From the NCBI GenBank assembly GCA_032718475.1, contig JAUCBJ010002477.1, positions 1 through 35,786 of the forward strand: a stretch of DNA of 35,786 nt, in the 5' to 3' direction. Shown here piece after piece: positions 23,820-34,676 of this stretch. Under the pieces are notes generated by a model. It was not told the DNA's origin. It saw only the letters and a program-made list of their open reading frames with translations, and did no database searches. This stretch comes from Nemertoderma westbladi. Lineage: Eukaryota > Animalia > Xenacoelomorpha. The number at the start of each line of letters is the position of its first letter. The first letter of the stretch is position 1. The translations under genes and the position numbers were made by a program.

Positions 23820-24643
23820 AGGGGGGGGGGGGGGTCTGGAAAGCCGACCCCGAGAAAAGAACTCCACCCCACGCCCAATATTAGATTGGGTTCCAGCGGA
23901 ATTGAAGCGCACTTAAGGTTGATGCTATCTTCTCAACGGGAAGATAGCATGGGGGGGGGGGGGGGTGTAAGCGGATTCAATTCCCTTCTTTCTCCACCCT
24001 AAAATGGGACCAGTGGCATTTTACCAATATAGTTGGCGATGCGAGATAACCAATAAATAATCTCGCCTTATAACCAACTTAGGGGGGGGGGGGGGGGGGG
24101 CGACACCCGCCCTAAGCCACAGAGAGAGGTGAGAGGTCAAACCACCTCAGAGGGGAAACCCAGGAAGCGAGGCTAGCATCAGGGAGTAACACTTACAGGG
24201 AGTGCCGAAGTGACAATTAGTATATAAGACAATAGAGGGCAGGGAAGCGCGTGAGGAAGGATAGAAGGGCATCCATTGGGTATCAAAGGCCACAGTAATG
24301 TAGAAGTGAAACCAATATGTATCAATCATATATTTACTCTGATTACTGATTTACTGGTCAGTTCATTATTACGCAGTTGCGGACCGGCATAGTTTTGACC
24401 GTCATTTTATAGTCTTTGTAACTTATACTGTACTACTATACCGCTGCTGTTGTCATTTGTGTTTCAATCTATATTATTTCATATTCAACTGTGCTGTTAC
24501 TACTGGAATCATTAACACTGAGAAACACAAACTCTGTTACTTTCCCAACGGCCTTCGGCCAAAGATACCAGCCCAGCAGACCAGCAGCTAAGTGACGCGT
24601 ACAGTCTTACCCGGTCGGGATCATAGAACTCAATCCCGTCACA
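23820..24643 (+). mobile_element. LTR retrotransposon 3' end: internal remnant, poly-G PPT and LTR (23966-24643)
   Basis: G15, then TGTAAGCGGATT...AATCCCGTCACA; homologous to 11340-12118. Confidence 0.75.
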
Positions 24644-24819
24644 CACTAACTATTTCGGGTTACCGTTCGATTTGAAACCTCCTTTGAAAGCAATTCCATA
24701 TCGCCCAATCGTCGACGAATTGTTCGTATATCCTCAAAGTGCTCTTCACGCAGTAAGCAAGAGATTTCCTTGTATGTAAATCCCTTCTTAAAGTATTCTA
24801 GCAACACGCGGTTGTCCAT
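24644..24819 (-). pseudogene. IS3EU transposase N-terminal HTH remnant
   Basis: MDNRVLLEYFKKGFTYKEISCLLREEHFEDIRTIRRRLGDMEL resembles the YF..G.TYKEI...RT.RRRL HTH that precedes eukaryotic IS3-like integrase cores. Truncated at the LTR end. Confidence 0.65.
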
Positions 24820-26056
24820 GTCCGTACGAAATAATTAAGCGGATAGCTTACCGGTATGGCGTACAATAAGACTACCGTCTAATCGTATTGCACACCATTA
24901 ACAACCAAGAATGAAGTACCTAAGCCTACTGTATGTAGGCCTACTTAGCAAAACATTGATTTTTTTTCTCAAAACATTAATTTTTTTTATCAAAACATTA
25001 ATTTTTTTTTAACAAAACATTAATTTTTTTTAGCAAAATATTAATTTTTTTTAGCAAAACATTATTTTTTTTTATCAAAACATTAATTTTTTTTATCAAA
25101 ACATTATTTTTTTTAACAAAACATTAATTTTTTTTTAGCAAAACATTAATTTTTTTTACAAACTTAAATAACTTTTTTTAAACGTTAAAAAAAAATGCAA
25201 TAATTGGCCGCAACTCACCACCGCAGGATACAAATTCCTGAGTTAATATCTTCTCATTTGTACTTGTAAGCCAACGCAATGTCTTGAAAGATTGTGGGTT
25301 GTGACTTTCGACTGTAGAAACCAGTCTAGTCAATTAGATTTGTGCTCCCGAAAGTTGTACAGTCTTTCGAACGAGTTTGCAAGCAGTCTCATTGGAAGCA
25401 CTTTCAATCATTTGTGACGAAATTTTGGTATGATGATAGTTCGACAACTTCTCTTACTGCTGGCAGAGCCGGATTTTTCAATTTCTGAACTATTTCGATA
25501 CAACAGTCCGTTTTAATTAATATACAGTAGTCTTGTTGTATTAAGGGAGGTGGTGCAGGGCCTATTTAATAAAACGTAGAATGAAATTAAGTTATGAACA
25601 GTTTACTATTGATTGTCCTTCTTTAGAATTATATTAAGTCAGATTATAATTATAAGTTATGCACAGTTTACTATTTTTAATATTCATTCTTCACCACTTC
25701 TATCAAGTTAGTGAAGGGCAAATTTTTATGGAGTTGCCTCCATCTAAATTCTGCAAGATGGTTGTCCTGAAGTTTTTTTGTCGTACAGTACCTTTCCGTT
25801 TCCGCATAATCATTTGCTTGGCGTTAAATACAGTATAAAAAAAAAATTTGTTCTAGAACATTTTTTTGGGAAAAATTTAAATAGTACAGGAATCACCCTA
25901 CAACCTTTATTAAAAAAAAATAGTAACTTCAAATGATTAGTCCTCTTAGTAACTACAGTACCTTTAATCTAGAACATATAACACACTGATACACAATTGT
26001 GTTTGATGTTCTAAGAAGGTTAGGCTAAATATGAATAATAATTCATTTAGCTATAC

Positions 26057-26655
26057 GATCCGCCAAGCCGCTACAACGCTCCTAAATTTAGTGGGCCAGT
26101 TATTTCACTATCTTATATTTATCTTAGTTAGATGCACAGAAACAACAGGTCTAGCGACTAGCGAGTCGAAAGTACTTGACCCTAACTAAAATCAGGTCCT
26201 CTTTCAGATGAGGCAAATAAATATTTAATTAGCTCCAGTAAATTTCGAGATATGGGGAGTTCATGTTCCTGGCACCATTTCAAAACTTTAGGGATTGAAA
26301 AAAATTCCGTAAATAGTTTAAAGACTTTGATATAACCAACCTTATAAGGTTTGGTTGGTAATTTGGTTGGTTGAATTCATTATTAATAATTATTATTTGT
26401 ATACAAAATATAGGTGTTTTGACTTCTAATCTCACTTTCGATTGTTACACCTGTAGGCCTACTACTGTACACCTGTACTACCATATCACGAAAACTACTG
26501 GAGCTATTAAATTAATTTAATTGGCCTCTGAAAGAGGAGATAATTTTATTTAAAGCCAGTTACTTTCGACATGCTAGATCTATTGTTTTGGAGTTTCTAA
26601 CTAAGAAAATAACTGGCCTACTAAATTTAGGGACTTTGCAGCAGCTTGGCGGGTC
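26057..26655. mobile_element. MITE with ~200-bp degenerate TIRs
   Basis: 26057-26255 (GATCCGCCAAGC..CCTAAATTTAGT..AGCTCCAGTA..GATATGG) is the inverse of ~26481-26655. Confidence 0.75.
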
Positions 26656-26696
26656 CAGTCTATAATAGTAGGTCAAGGTACAACGTGAAATTCTAT

Positions 26697-27163
26697 TTTT
26701 ATTCCAAAATTGTAACATTACTCAAAGCCGTTAGTATTAACAGCGAGTTGTTATTTAGCAGTTTACAATTTCAGAGGACATTACAGCATTGTATTGGCCT
26801 GTACATTTAGTATTCTATTTGGTGTTATCAGTTAAGTAATGTCCCCTTAGTGGACATTACTTAACGCCGTCATTGGTTATCACAATAGGTGGAAATTTGC
26901 CTAACAGCCAGATAGGCCTACTGCATTACCTACCGATAGGCGGGGTATAGCTATTAATAACCAGTAGCTATATTATTAACATGGCTCCAAATGCCACCAT
27001 AAATATAAGCTAACTTATTTATAACATAATTTATGTTATTTTACATTTATTTATAAAGCAACTAATTTAATTTGTGCAGTTTCTATTACTTATAATATAT
27101 GTACAATCATTTCGTATTGTTAAAATTTTGGAAAAAAACTACATACATAGGCCTACTTGTTGC
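26697..27163 (-). mobile_element. Inverted partial copy of the interior of the 27164-29051 element
   Basis: 26697-26910 is the inverse of ~28790-28915; 26955-27163 is the inverse of ~27338-27507. Confidence 0.7.
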
Positions 27164-29051
27164 AATAACTATTTACATACTTGCGTGTAAAGTTGCTGTA
27201 CTTACAGTGTAAACTGTAAGTGTAAACTTACGTGTAAACTTACAGTGTAATGATCCGAGTGGCTTTGTTACACGAACGAACATTATTAGTGAGTGAGTGA
27301 AAATAAAGCCACGAGGGTCAGAACACTGTAAAGTACTTTGCAACAAGTACCGGTATGTATGTAGTTTTTTTTCCAAAATTTTAACATTACGAAATGATTG
27401 TGCAAATACATTATAAGTGATAGAAACTGCACAAATTATATTATGTAGGTAGCGTGGTAGCGTTTGGAGCCATGTTATAATAATATAGCTAGGCCCTACT
27501 GGTTATTTGGTAAGGTCAGGTATTCTAGGTCTTTGATCAAGAAAACTTGCCACCTCCATGCAGCATAAAGGAGGTGCCACCTGTAGCTGCATAGACCCTC
27601 TTACTAGGGCAAATCTGGTCCTGTAACTAGGACCCCCTTCGTTCTGGGATAAGGACGCCCTTGGTCCTGGATTAAGGACCCATATACTTGGCTGCAGGGG
27701 TATATGGCCTGACCAGGCAGATGGTGATCTACCAATGGCTGGTCAGGAGTAGAGTGTTCTCATGTCCACTCTGAGAGCACTTCACTGCGACCTGCACCTG
27801 GCAGCAAGGGTACAGGGCATGACCCAGCAGATGAGCTGCAACAGCCAATGGTGGATCATGTGTGCCAGAGTAGATATGGGTGATGGGCCTCATATCTGAC
27901 TCCATTGCGACACCCACCCTGTGGAATGGCAAACCAGGGTGTGGTATTTGCCACGAGAGCTGACTCGGCAAAAAAGCACCCCCCAACCCCCACTATGGAT
28001 TACATTAGCAATGCGGAGGTCCGGCCACTAGAGGCCAGTGGAATTACTGACCGGCTGCCTGTCTCACCCCCTACTGGAGAGAGAGCAGCCAACAATTCTT
28101 TGAGTCCCTTTCCTGATGACCTTCCTGGCCCAAACCCTGGGTCACCAGGAAGGCCAGATTGTGATGGGGAGAGGGATTCTGGAGTTGGAGGCTACTCTCA
28201 TGTTCCACCCCGACCAACAAAGCCATTGGTGAATCTGAGGCAAGTCACAAGACTAGCCTCAGTAAACACCCTAACACTCGGGTCCCCAATGCGACAAGGT
28301 GAGCTGACTGCCTTGGCAGATAAGCTTTCTCTTAGTGCAGTGGGTGTTCCAGAGCACCGAATGCAGACTGGACAGACTGATGAGGTTCTGATTAAAGACA
28401 TGGGGGGCGGTTGGCGACTCGCCCTTGCGTCAGCAGATGATAGTGGCAATGGTGGAATTGGTCTATTGATGAATCCAACTGCACATGCAGCATTGGACAA
28501 AATAGACCAAATATCTAACCGCATCATCCGTTGCCACTTCTCATGTTCTGGAAGACTGGCTAAGAAGTTTCCTAAGGTGGTTCTGATTGTGTGCTACTCT
28601 CCAACTACTGTAGTGTTGCCCCTGTAGAGGAGGTGGAAAATTTCTACCACAATCTACAAGCAGCTACTGATGGAGTGGATCAGCATGCCTTCTTAACATT
28701 CCTGGGAGACTTTAATGCAAGTCTGCATCAATCACCTACATTGCCCTGGGTCTATAGCAATAGTGTTAACTGTTAAATTGTTAACTGTTAGTGTTAAATT
28801 TCCACCTATTGTTTACGTGGTATCCAATGATGGCGTTAAGTAATGTCCCCCTGTGGACATTTTTGCTTTGCTTTTTTGTTAACGGCATTGAGTAATGTTA
28901 CAATTTTGGAATAAAGTACTACAGGATACAGTGTTCTGATCCTCGTGGCTTTATTTTCACTCACTCACTAACGTTCGTTCGTGTAACAAAGCTACTCGGA
29001 TCATCACACTGTAAAGTGCTACTTTAACACACAAGTATGTAAATAGTTATT
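27164..29051. mobile_element. Non-autonomous TIR element related to 20265-20960, interrupted by a LINE
   Basis: TIR AATAACTATTTACATACTTG.GTGT / ACAC.CAAGTATGTAAATAGTTATT with ~130-170 bp matching arms, plus inner IR TTCCAAAATT.TAACATTAC. Confidence 0.75.
27509..28760 (+). mobile_element. RTE-like LINE: 5' UTR plus AP-endonuclease domain, truncated before RT
   Basis: RLASVNTLTL, VGVPEHR, GNGGIGLLM, ISNRII, IVCYSPT, (frameshift) EEVENFYHNLQ, LGDFNA. Single-ORF layout with APE at the N-terminus. Confidence 0.88.
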
Positions 29052-29112
29052 TTACAAATATGTTACACAGTTAGTAGTGTTTCTACATATTAAATAAAAA
29101 ATAAATTACACG

Positions 29113-30327
29113 ATGAAATCAATTCGAAATGTTCTCAAGCATATTTCTTCTCATCCTGCGAATTCCAACAACAGTGAGAGAGTAACTAGACCAAAAACAC
29201 CAGAAGGTTTGCCAGTAGCCATAACTGATGACTTCGAGGTAGAAACACTTCTAGGCACTGGTCTGAGTGCTTGCGTATATTACGTTCGTCACAAAAGCGA
29301 TAACAAATACTATGCCTTAAAAGTTGTCTCGAAATCTCCATCTAGCCCGCAGACCAAAAGGATCACTAATAATGTCAAACTCAAAAAGGCATGCTTTGCT
29401 GAGAAAGATGCCTTGAATGCTATTGATCATCCCTTCATTGTAAAATTGCATTATGCTTTTCAAAGTGATACGAAAGTTTTCCTCGTTCTAACTTATGCTG
29501 CTGGCGGTGATATTTATGGGAATCTAAAAAAGGCAGGAAATCTTTTCGTCGAAGGGAGAGCGAGATTCTACGCGGCCGAGGTGGCTTGTGCTCTTGGATA
29601 TCTCCACGAAAAGGGAATTATATATCGAGATTTAAAAACGGAGAACGTGTTTTTAGATGCCGAAGGTCACGTTTTATTAGGCGATTTTGGTTTCTCCAAG
29701 ATGGGGTTGGAACCCGGCCAGCGGACGCAATCCTACGGTGGCACGGCCGCGTTCATGTGCCCGAATCGAGTGCGACACGTGGAATACGGCGTTGCTTCTG
29801 ACTGGTGGTCTTTGGGTATCTTTATATTCCAGATGCTGAGCGGGACTACCCCCTTCGTATGGGGACCTCATTATGTAAAGGGTGAGCGTGAGGGTGTCGA
29901 ACGTCTCTCGCCCCGGTCCATACGCAACGCAATCTGTTTTAGTGAACCGGAAATGAGCCGACTTCCAGATCATACATCACTTGAAGCCAAACATATTATT
30001 AAACAATTGTTAATAAAAGAAGAGAAAGAAAGATTAGGTAGAGCAAACGGCGTTAAGGATATCAAGAGTCAAAAGTTCTTTGATGGTTTAAATTTCGATG
30101 CTCTTGAACAAAGAGAAGTCACACCACCATTTAAACCCGATATTAAGAGTAACAAAAATAAGTTTAAGTACTTCGATGAAGCTCTCGACGTTAGAGACAG
30201 AAGTGGATGGCTGAAAACAAAAAAGGTACCTCACTGCAACGTTCTAGATGACAACGAAGATGAAAGAAGCGAGATATTTCAAGGGCTCGATTACACGAGG
30301 CCGTCATCATCAGGAAGTGCTCAGTGA
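29113..30327 (+). CDS. AGC-family Ser/Thr protein kinase (S6K/RSK/SGK-like), intronless and divergent
   Basis: LGTG, YALKVV, EKDAL..IDHPFIVKLHYAFQ, GIIYRDLKTEN, DFGFSK, DWWSLG, ERLG, VTPPFKP and YFDE, plus a C-terminal hydrophobic-motif-like FQGLDY; 404 aa uninterrupted. Confidence 0.93.
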   Translation: MKSIRNVLKHISSHPANSNNSERVTRPKTPEGLPVAITDDFEVETLLGTGLSACVYYVRHKSDNKYYALKVVSKSPSSPQTKRITNNVKLKKACFAEKDALNAIDHPFIVKLHYAFQSDTKVFLVLTYAAGGDIYGNLKKAGNLFVEGRARFYAAEVACALGYLHEKGIIYRDLKTENVFLDAEGHVLLGDFGFSKMGLEPGQRTQSYGGTAAFMCPNRVRHVEYGVASDWWSLGIFIFQMLSGTTPFVWGPHYVKGEREGVERLSPRSIRNAICFSEPEMSRLPDHTSLEAKHIIKQLLIKEEKERLGRANGVKDIKSQKFFDGLNFDALEQREVTPPFKPDIKSNKNKFKYFDEALDVRDRSGWLKTKKVPHCNVLDDNEDERSEIFQGLDYTRPSSSGSAQ

Positions 30328-31091
30328 TCGTTTGTGATTATTATTTCCCAAGGAAATAAGAGTGTCGGAGAAATATAAAAATATATTTTCTACTTGTACG
30401 TGGCGAGGTATTGTATTGTCAGTCACGCGTGTGACGAGTGCGAACTTCGTGCAGAAAAACTGCAAACCACTTCAGCGAACAATTATCAATATTAATATCA
30501 ATATAACATAACATAAAGTTACAGGTATGGCTAGTTACTACGTTATATAAATCCCTCGCAGCCCACACGGCCTTGTAATCAAAAGGTTTTGGAATCGACG
30601 CTTACTGAGGACGCTATTCGAATTTATATATAATATATTTTACTATTCATATTGGCTTCGGACAATTTTTTACGAATTTTTTACCATTTGAATCAACAGT
30701 TAGTTCGAAATTGACTGAACAATTAATTAAAAAAATAAATCATGGGGAAGGTAATGAGCCGCCTGAAATAAAATCCCTCAGGCATTATTGTTTCGACATT
30801 ATTGGTATTACGATATGACATAATAAGTGTACCTTTTACATGTTTTGTGATATATTATTTGGACCCGGAATCGAAATTAAAAGTAAAAAACAATGTCACT
30901 GATGCCGTGTTTGCCCTTCATTGATTCTGCCATGACAATGTATTACTAATATTAAAATACGTAACCAATAACTCATTACTGGCTAGCTTCACAGGGCTCT
31001 ATGGGACATTGTAAACCTTACACAATGTCCTGAAATATTGGGTCATAATTAAGCATTGTTATATATACGCTAGTATTTATATAGTATTATA

Positions 31092-33048
31092 CAGGGTGTC
31101 CCACAAAATTTGATAATTTTTGTATTTTCATTTGTGCAGCTCCATATTAATGATTTTAAGTAATTATGGTGTCACTGGATAGCTGGAAAGTGCTATTTTG
31201 TGCAAACTGGTGATAAAACATCAAATAGAGTACCCAACATGGATTGTTTTAATATAGGGGCCTACTAATTACATACTTAAATACAAGGTAATAAATATTT
31301 GAAGAGATATCAATATGTCCTCCTCCAACCCTGGCACACATTTCATTAAAGCTGTGAGCCACAAAACGAGAGAGAGAGAGAAAACGAGATTTTCCCCAAA
31401 ATTCGGCAGTTCCATCGGTTAACATGCCCGGATAGATGAAATGTGGTTTCATCACTGAAAAACACATGTTCTGGTGATTTGTTGTTGAGGAACAATGCTA
31501 TGGACTCCGCACAGCTTACTCGCTTACTAATGTCACTTGTACTGTACGTAAACCATTTATATCTGTAACTTGTATGGCTTAAAATTACGTTTTTAATGAC
31601 TCGTCAGGCGGTGCTTTTACTTATCCCAAGGGCTAGTCCTGGCCGCCTTAGAAACCAGTTTTGTAAAAAGTTGAATCTATGAATACATTTTGATCACCAC
31701 TAAACATGATGAATAAATTGAGAAAAGGTCACCACAATCAAACTGAACGAAATGAAACCTAAACCAAAACATGTACAACAACGCCACATATATAATAATT
31801 TCTAACGATTAATTCCAGAACCTCTTTCTGTAGCAACATTCTCTTTCGTGTTACAATTAATTGTAATAATTTGGCAATAAAAATTGTTGTTAAAAAATCC
31901 ATGTTAAATTAAAAACTTTGTTTCAACAAAAAACAGAAAAACAAAAAATATAACTCTCTAGCTATCCAATGACCTCATTTTATAGTCGAGTCAATCTATC
32001 AAAAAACCCATAAGTATTTCGCAATCAATCCGAACCACACATTTTGGATTCTATATTACCTTATTAATGACCAAAAAAAGTCTATAAAATTTTATTTTCG
32101 GATCATATGTTTATTCATGGAAATTCTGCGTAAATTTGCATAACACAAGCCAAACAAAAGGAACATTAGGGAAAAGTAAGTAGCAAATTGGTGATGTTCC
32201 AGAATAATTTAATTAATTTCACAATAAGCTGTGATTCAAAGGGAAATTAGTAAAATTTACACTGGCGTGTTACACATTAATTGCTATATCTTGGAAACTA
32301 GAAGTCGCATCAAATTTTTAAATATATCAGAAACTTCACGATATATTAAGGTAACTGTTGTAAAAAAATTATACAATTCCACTGCAAGGAAATTTCATAA
32401 TTTCCTTTAATGTTAGCGAAGATTTTTCACATAATTAAATTGTGATTGCTATATTGATTTTAGGTGTAATTTATTTATTTGTTTTAGTTTGAAAACAACA
32501 ATAGTTTATCATATAACAAATACATATTTTGGGGATAGGGGATTTTGAGTTCGATAAATCCGATGGGCGAGGTTACATCCACCCGTTTAGTAGAGAAGTT
32601 GTGTAAATAAGGTTCTTATATTGTACCAGCAAAATTGGTATTAAAAATGGATAAATTTAGACAAATTTCCGTTGCTCTGTAAACTAAATTGGTAACTATC
32701 TAGAAGTGCATACTTCTGTCAATCGATAGTCAATAGAGTAAAGTTTGTCTGTACCAAATTTGGAGAAAATCCCACCAATAGATCTCTTGTTGCTATGTAA
32801 AATCCATGTTGCTAAGGAAAGAAACAGGAAATTGAAGGTGATCCGCATAATATATATTTTTATAGACTTTTTTGGGGGTATTAGGCAAGGTAATGTAGAA
32901 TAAAAAAAATTTGGTTTGTATGAATTGCGAATTTGTTATGGGTTGACCCCCTTTTTCGACTAGATTGAATCGCCTATTACTGAAAATCATTAATATGGAG
33001 CTGCACAAATAAAAATACAAAAAGTATCAAATTTTGTGGGACACCCTG
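31092..33048 (-). mobile_element. Tc1/mariner-superfamily transposon with decayed transposase
   Basis: ~65-bp TIRs CAGGGTGTCCCACAAAATTTGATA..., flanked TA / TG. Minus-strand remnants at ~31300-31650: LALGISKSTA*RVIK, FKPYKLQI, VFFSDETTFHLSGHVNRWNCRILG, CARVGGGHI. Confidence 0.88.
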
Positions 33049-33068
33049 TGGCCTGTATATGTAAGTAG

Positions 33069-33170
33069 TTATTTATGTAAATCTCCCTCGCTGCGCTCGC
33101 TCGGTACATAAATAAACTCGGGTCATAACGCTGAAAAGTGCTACTTTGCACACAATGATGTAAATAGTTA
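33069..33170 (-). repeat. Inverted copy of the arm at 20267-20367
   Basis: Near-identical reverse complement (both give YLHHCVQSST.QRYDPSLFMYRASAARE in the ORF track). Confidence 0.85.
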
Positions 33171-33445
33171 ATATAAGTTGGTGGCATCAGCGGTATACCT
33201 ATCCAATATCTATATTGCCTAGCTAATCATACACAAACCGGAAAGCCGGAAAACCATTAAAATGTTATTTGTATTTAATACAATAGGAAATCATAATATC
33301 ATTAATGATGTAGAAAAGTAATTACTTTATATTACAAGAGAGAAATGAACACGAAATTAAACTAAGTAACTGCCGGTTGATATAAATAATATTCCGTATA
33401 AATAAATTTAAATAAATAACAACAACTGATAAATTGGTTAATTAA

Positions 33446-33833
33446 GGGGGGGGGGGGGGGGGCAAATTATCTCGGAATTACATTTCACGATATTTCCATT
33501 TTTCAAAATTTTTATTAATTAATTTACTTAAAAATGTAAAAAATCGGCTGGATAATTTTTGTTAGTGCTGAGTCCAAAAAATTGGTTTCAAAATAATTGG
33601 ATAAATATTAAGGGACTAGTTAGTGTTTTTAGTGAAATATTTAATTCCGCCACTTTCCGCTAGAGGGTCACAAAAAATAAAAATTTTTATTTTTATTTCT
33701 CTTTGGCCTTCCCCACGTTGGTTGAACACCACATAGACAACAATGATATTCACCTAGAACATGAAGTTAGAGCTGTTTAAAAAACTCCCCTGAGGGGGGG
33801 GGGGGTACCCCCCCACCCCCCCCCCCCCCCCCC
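33446..33833. mobile_element. Possible Kolobok-like MITE
   Basis: TTAA|GGGGG... ...CCCCC|TTAA boundaries. The termini are homopolymers, so the evidence is weak. Confidence 0.35.
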
Positions 33834-33974
33834 TTAAACATTGCGTAGATATTTACAGATAGATTGAATTGGTTAGTCAGTATTGTAGGAAATTAACACT
33901 AAATATTGGATGGATAGAGGATAGATAACTTATTTATTACTGCGACGCCGCAGATAACTTTAAACTGTTAAAGC

Positions 33975-34676
33975 TCAGCTGTGCGACGTTGACGGCTGTG
34001 GTTCTTCCATGATTGTCTCCGAGTCAGGCGGTTTAAACAACGATTCCCAGGGGCCGAACCTTCGAGCGATATCGTACGGAGTCTCCCCGATGGAGTTCGT
34101 CACGGTCAGATCGACGCCGGGCCAACTAACCAACAGTTTAACAACGTCCACGGACTCTCGCTGACTGGCCGCTATGTGCTGCGCGGTCTGCCCCCCAGAG
34201 GTCCGAGCGTTCACGTCCGCTCCGTGTTGGAGCAGGCACCTCGCCACATCGAGTTGGTTCCATCGGATTGCGGAGTGCAACGGCTCCCAGCCGTCGGAGG
34301 TCCGCGAGCGGATGTCCGCCCCGTTGCTAAGCAGCAGCTCGCACGCGGGTAGATGGCCGTTGTAGCTGGCGCGATGCAGCGGCGTGTATCCGTCGTCGTC
34401 GGATACCGCGACAAGCTCCCGGTTACCGAGTAGCATGTCCCGCATACCGGGATGGTCCCCGCTTTGGGCAGCGTATAAGAATCGTTCCTCTACTGGTGCG
34501 TTCGGACCGGGTACAGTGTCCGCTGAGTCGCGACTATCGTCCGATAAGTCACCAGCTCCAGCCAGTCTGTAGCTCTGCAGTTTCGCGATGAATCGAATTT
34601 TTTCAGTTTCGTCTAACTCATCGAATCTCATCATCGACTGAATGTCCACTTCCGTCAGCTGTGTTGAATCATCCAT
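33975..34676 (-). CDS. ANKRD49: Ankyrin repeat domain-containing protein 49-like, intronless CDS
   Basis: FLYAAQ, DDDGYTPLHRASYNGH, DGWEPLHSAIRWN, LLQHGADVNA and GETPYDIARR match the ANKRD49 repeat pattern and length (233 aa, acidic N-terminus). Confidence 0.85.
   Translation of the reverse strand: MDDSTQLTEVDIQSMMRFDELDETEKIRFIAKLQSYRLAGAGDLSDDSRDSADTVPGPNAPVEERFLYAAQSGDHPGMRDMLLGNRELVAVSDDDGYTPLHRASYNGHLPACELLLSNGADIRSRTSDGWEPLHSAIRWNQLDVARCLLQHGADVNARTSGGQTAQHIAASQRESVDVVKLLVSWPGVDLTVTNSIGETPYDIARRFGPWESLFKPPDSETIMEEPQPSTSHS

Larger units (their letters stand above)
22966..25225. mobile_element. IS3EU-type DNA transposon, internally deleted, with a nested LTR fragment
   Basis: TIRs TACGGTGGTGAGTTGCGGCCAATTATTG / CAATAATTGGCCGCAACTCACCACCGCA; 6-bp TSD GGATAC (22960-22965, 25226-25231); mirrored ~20-bp subterminal arrays (AAAAAAATTAATGTTTTGCT). 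TAY..RTA ends with a 6-bp TSD are the described IS3EU signature. Confidence 0.85.

Noticed and set aside
25232-25510. Coding-like sequence flanking the IS3EU insertion
   Set aside because: Stops in all frames and no recognisable motif.
27620-27670. HDV-like ribozyme in the LINE 5' UTR
   Set aside because: A P3/L3-like CCT-TCGTTCT-GGG is present, but no adequate P1 with a G1 or a J4/2 could be fitted by eye.
29225-29250. CTGATGA...GAAAC hammerhead-like words
   Set aside because: Inside the kinase CDS, with no proper stem II or flanking stems; chance match.
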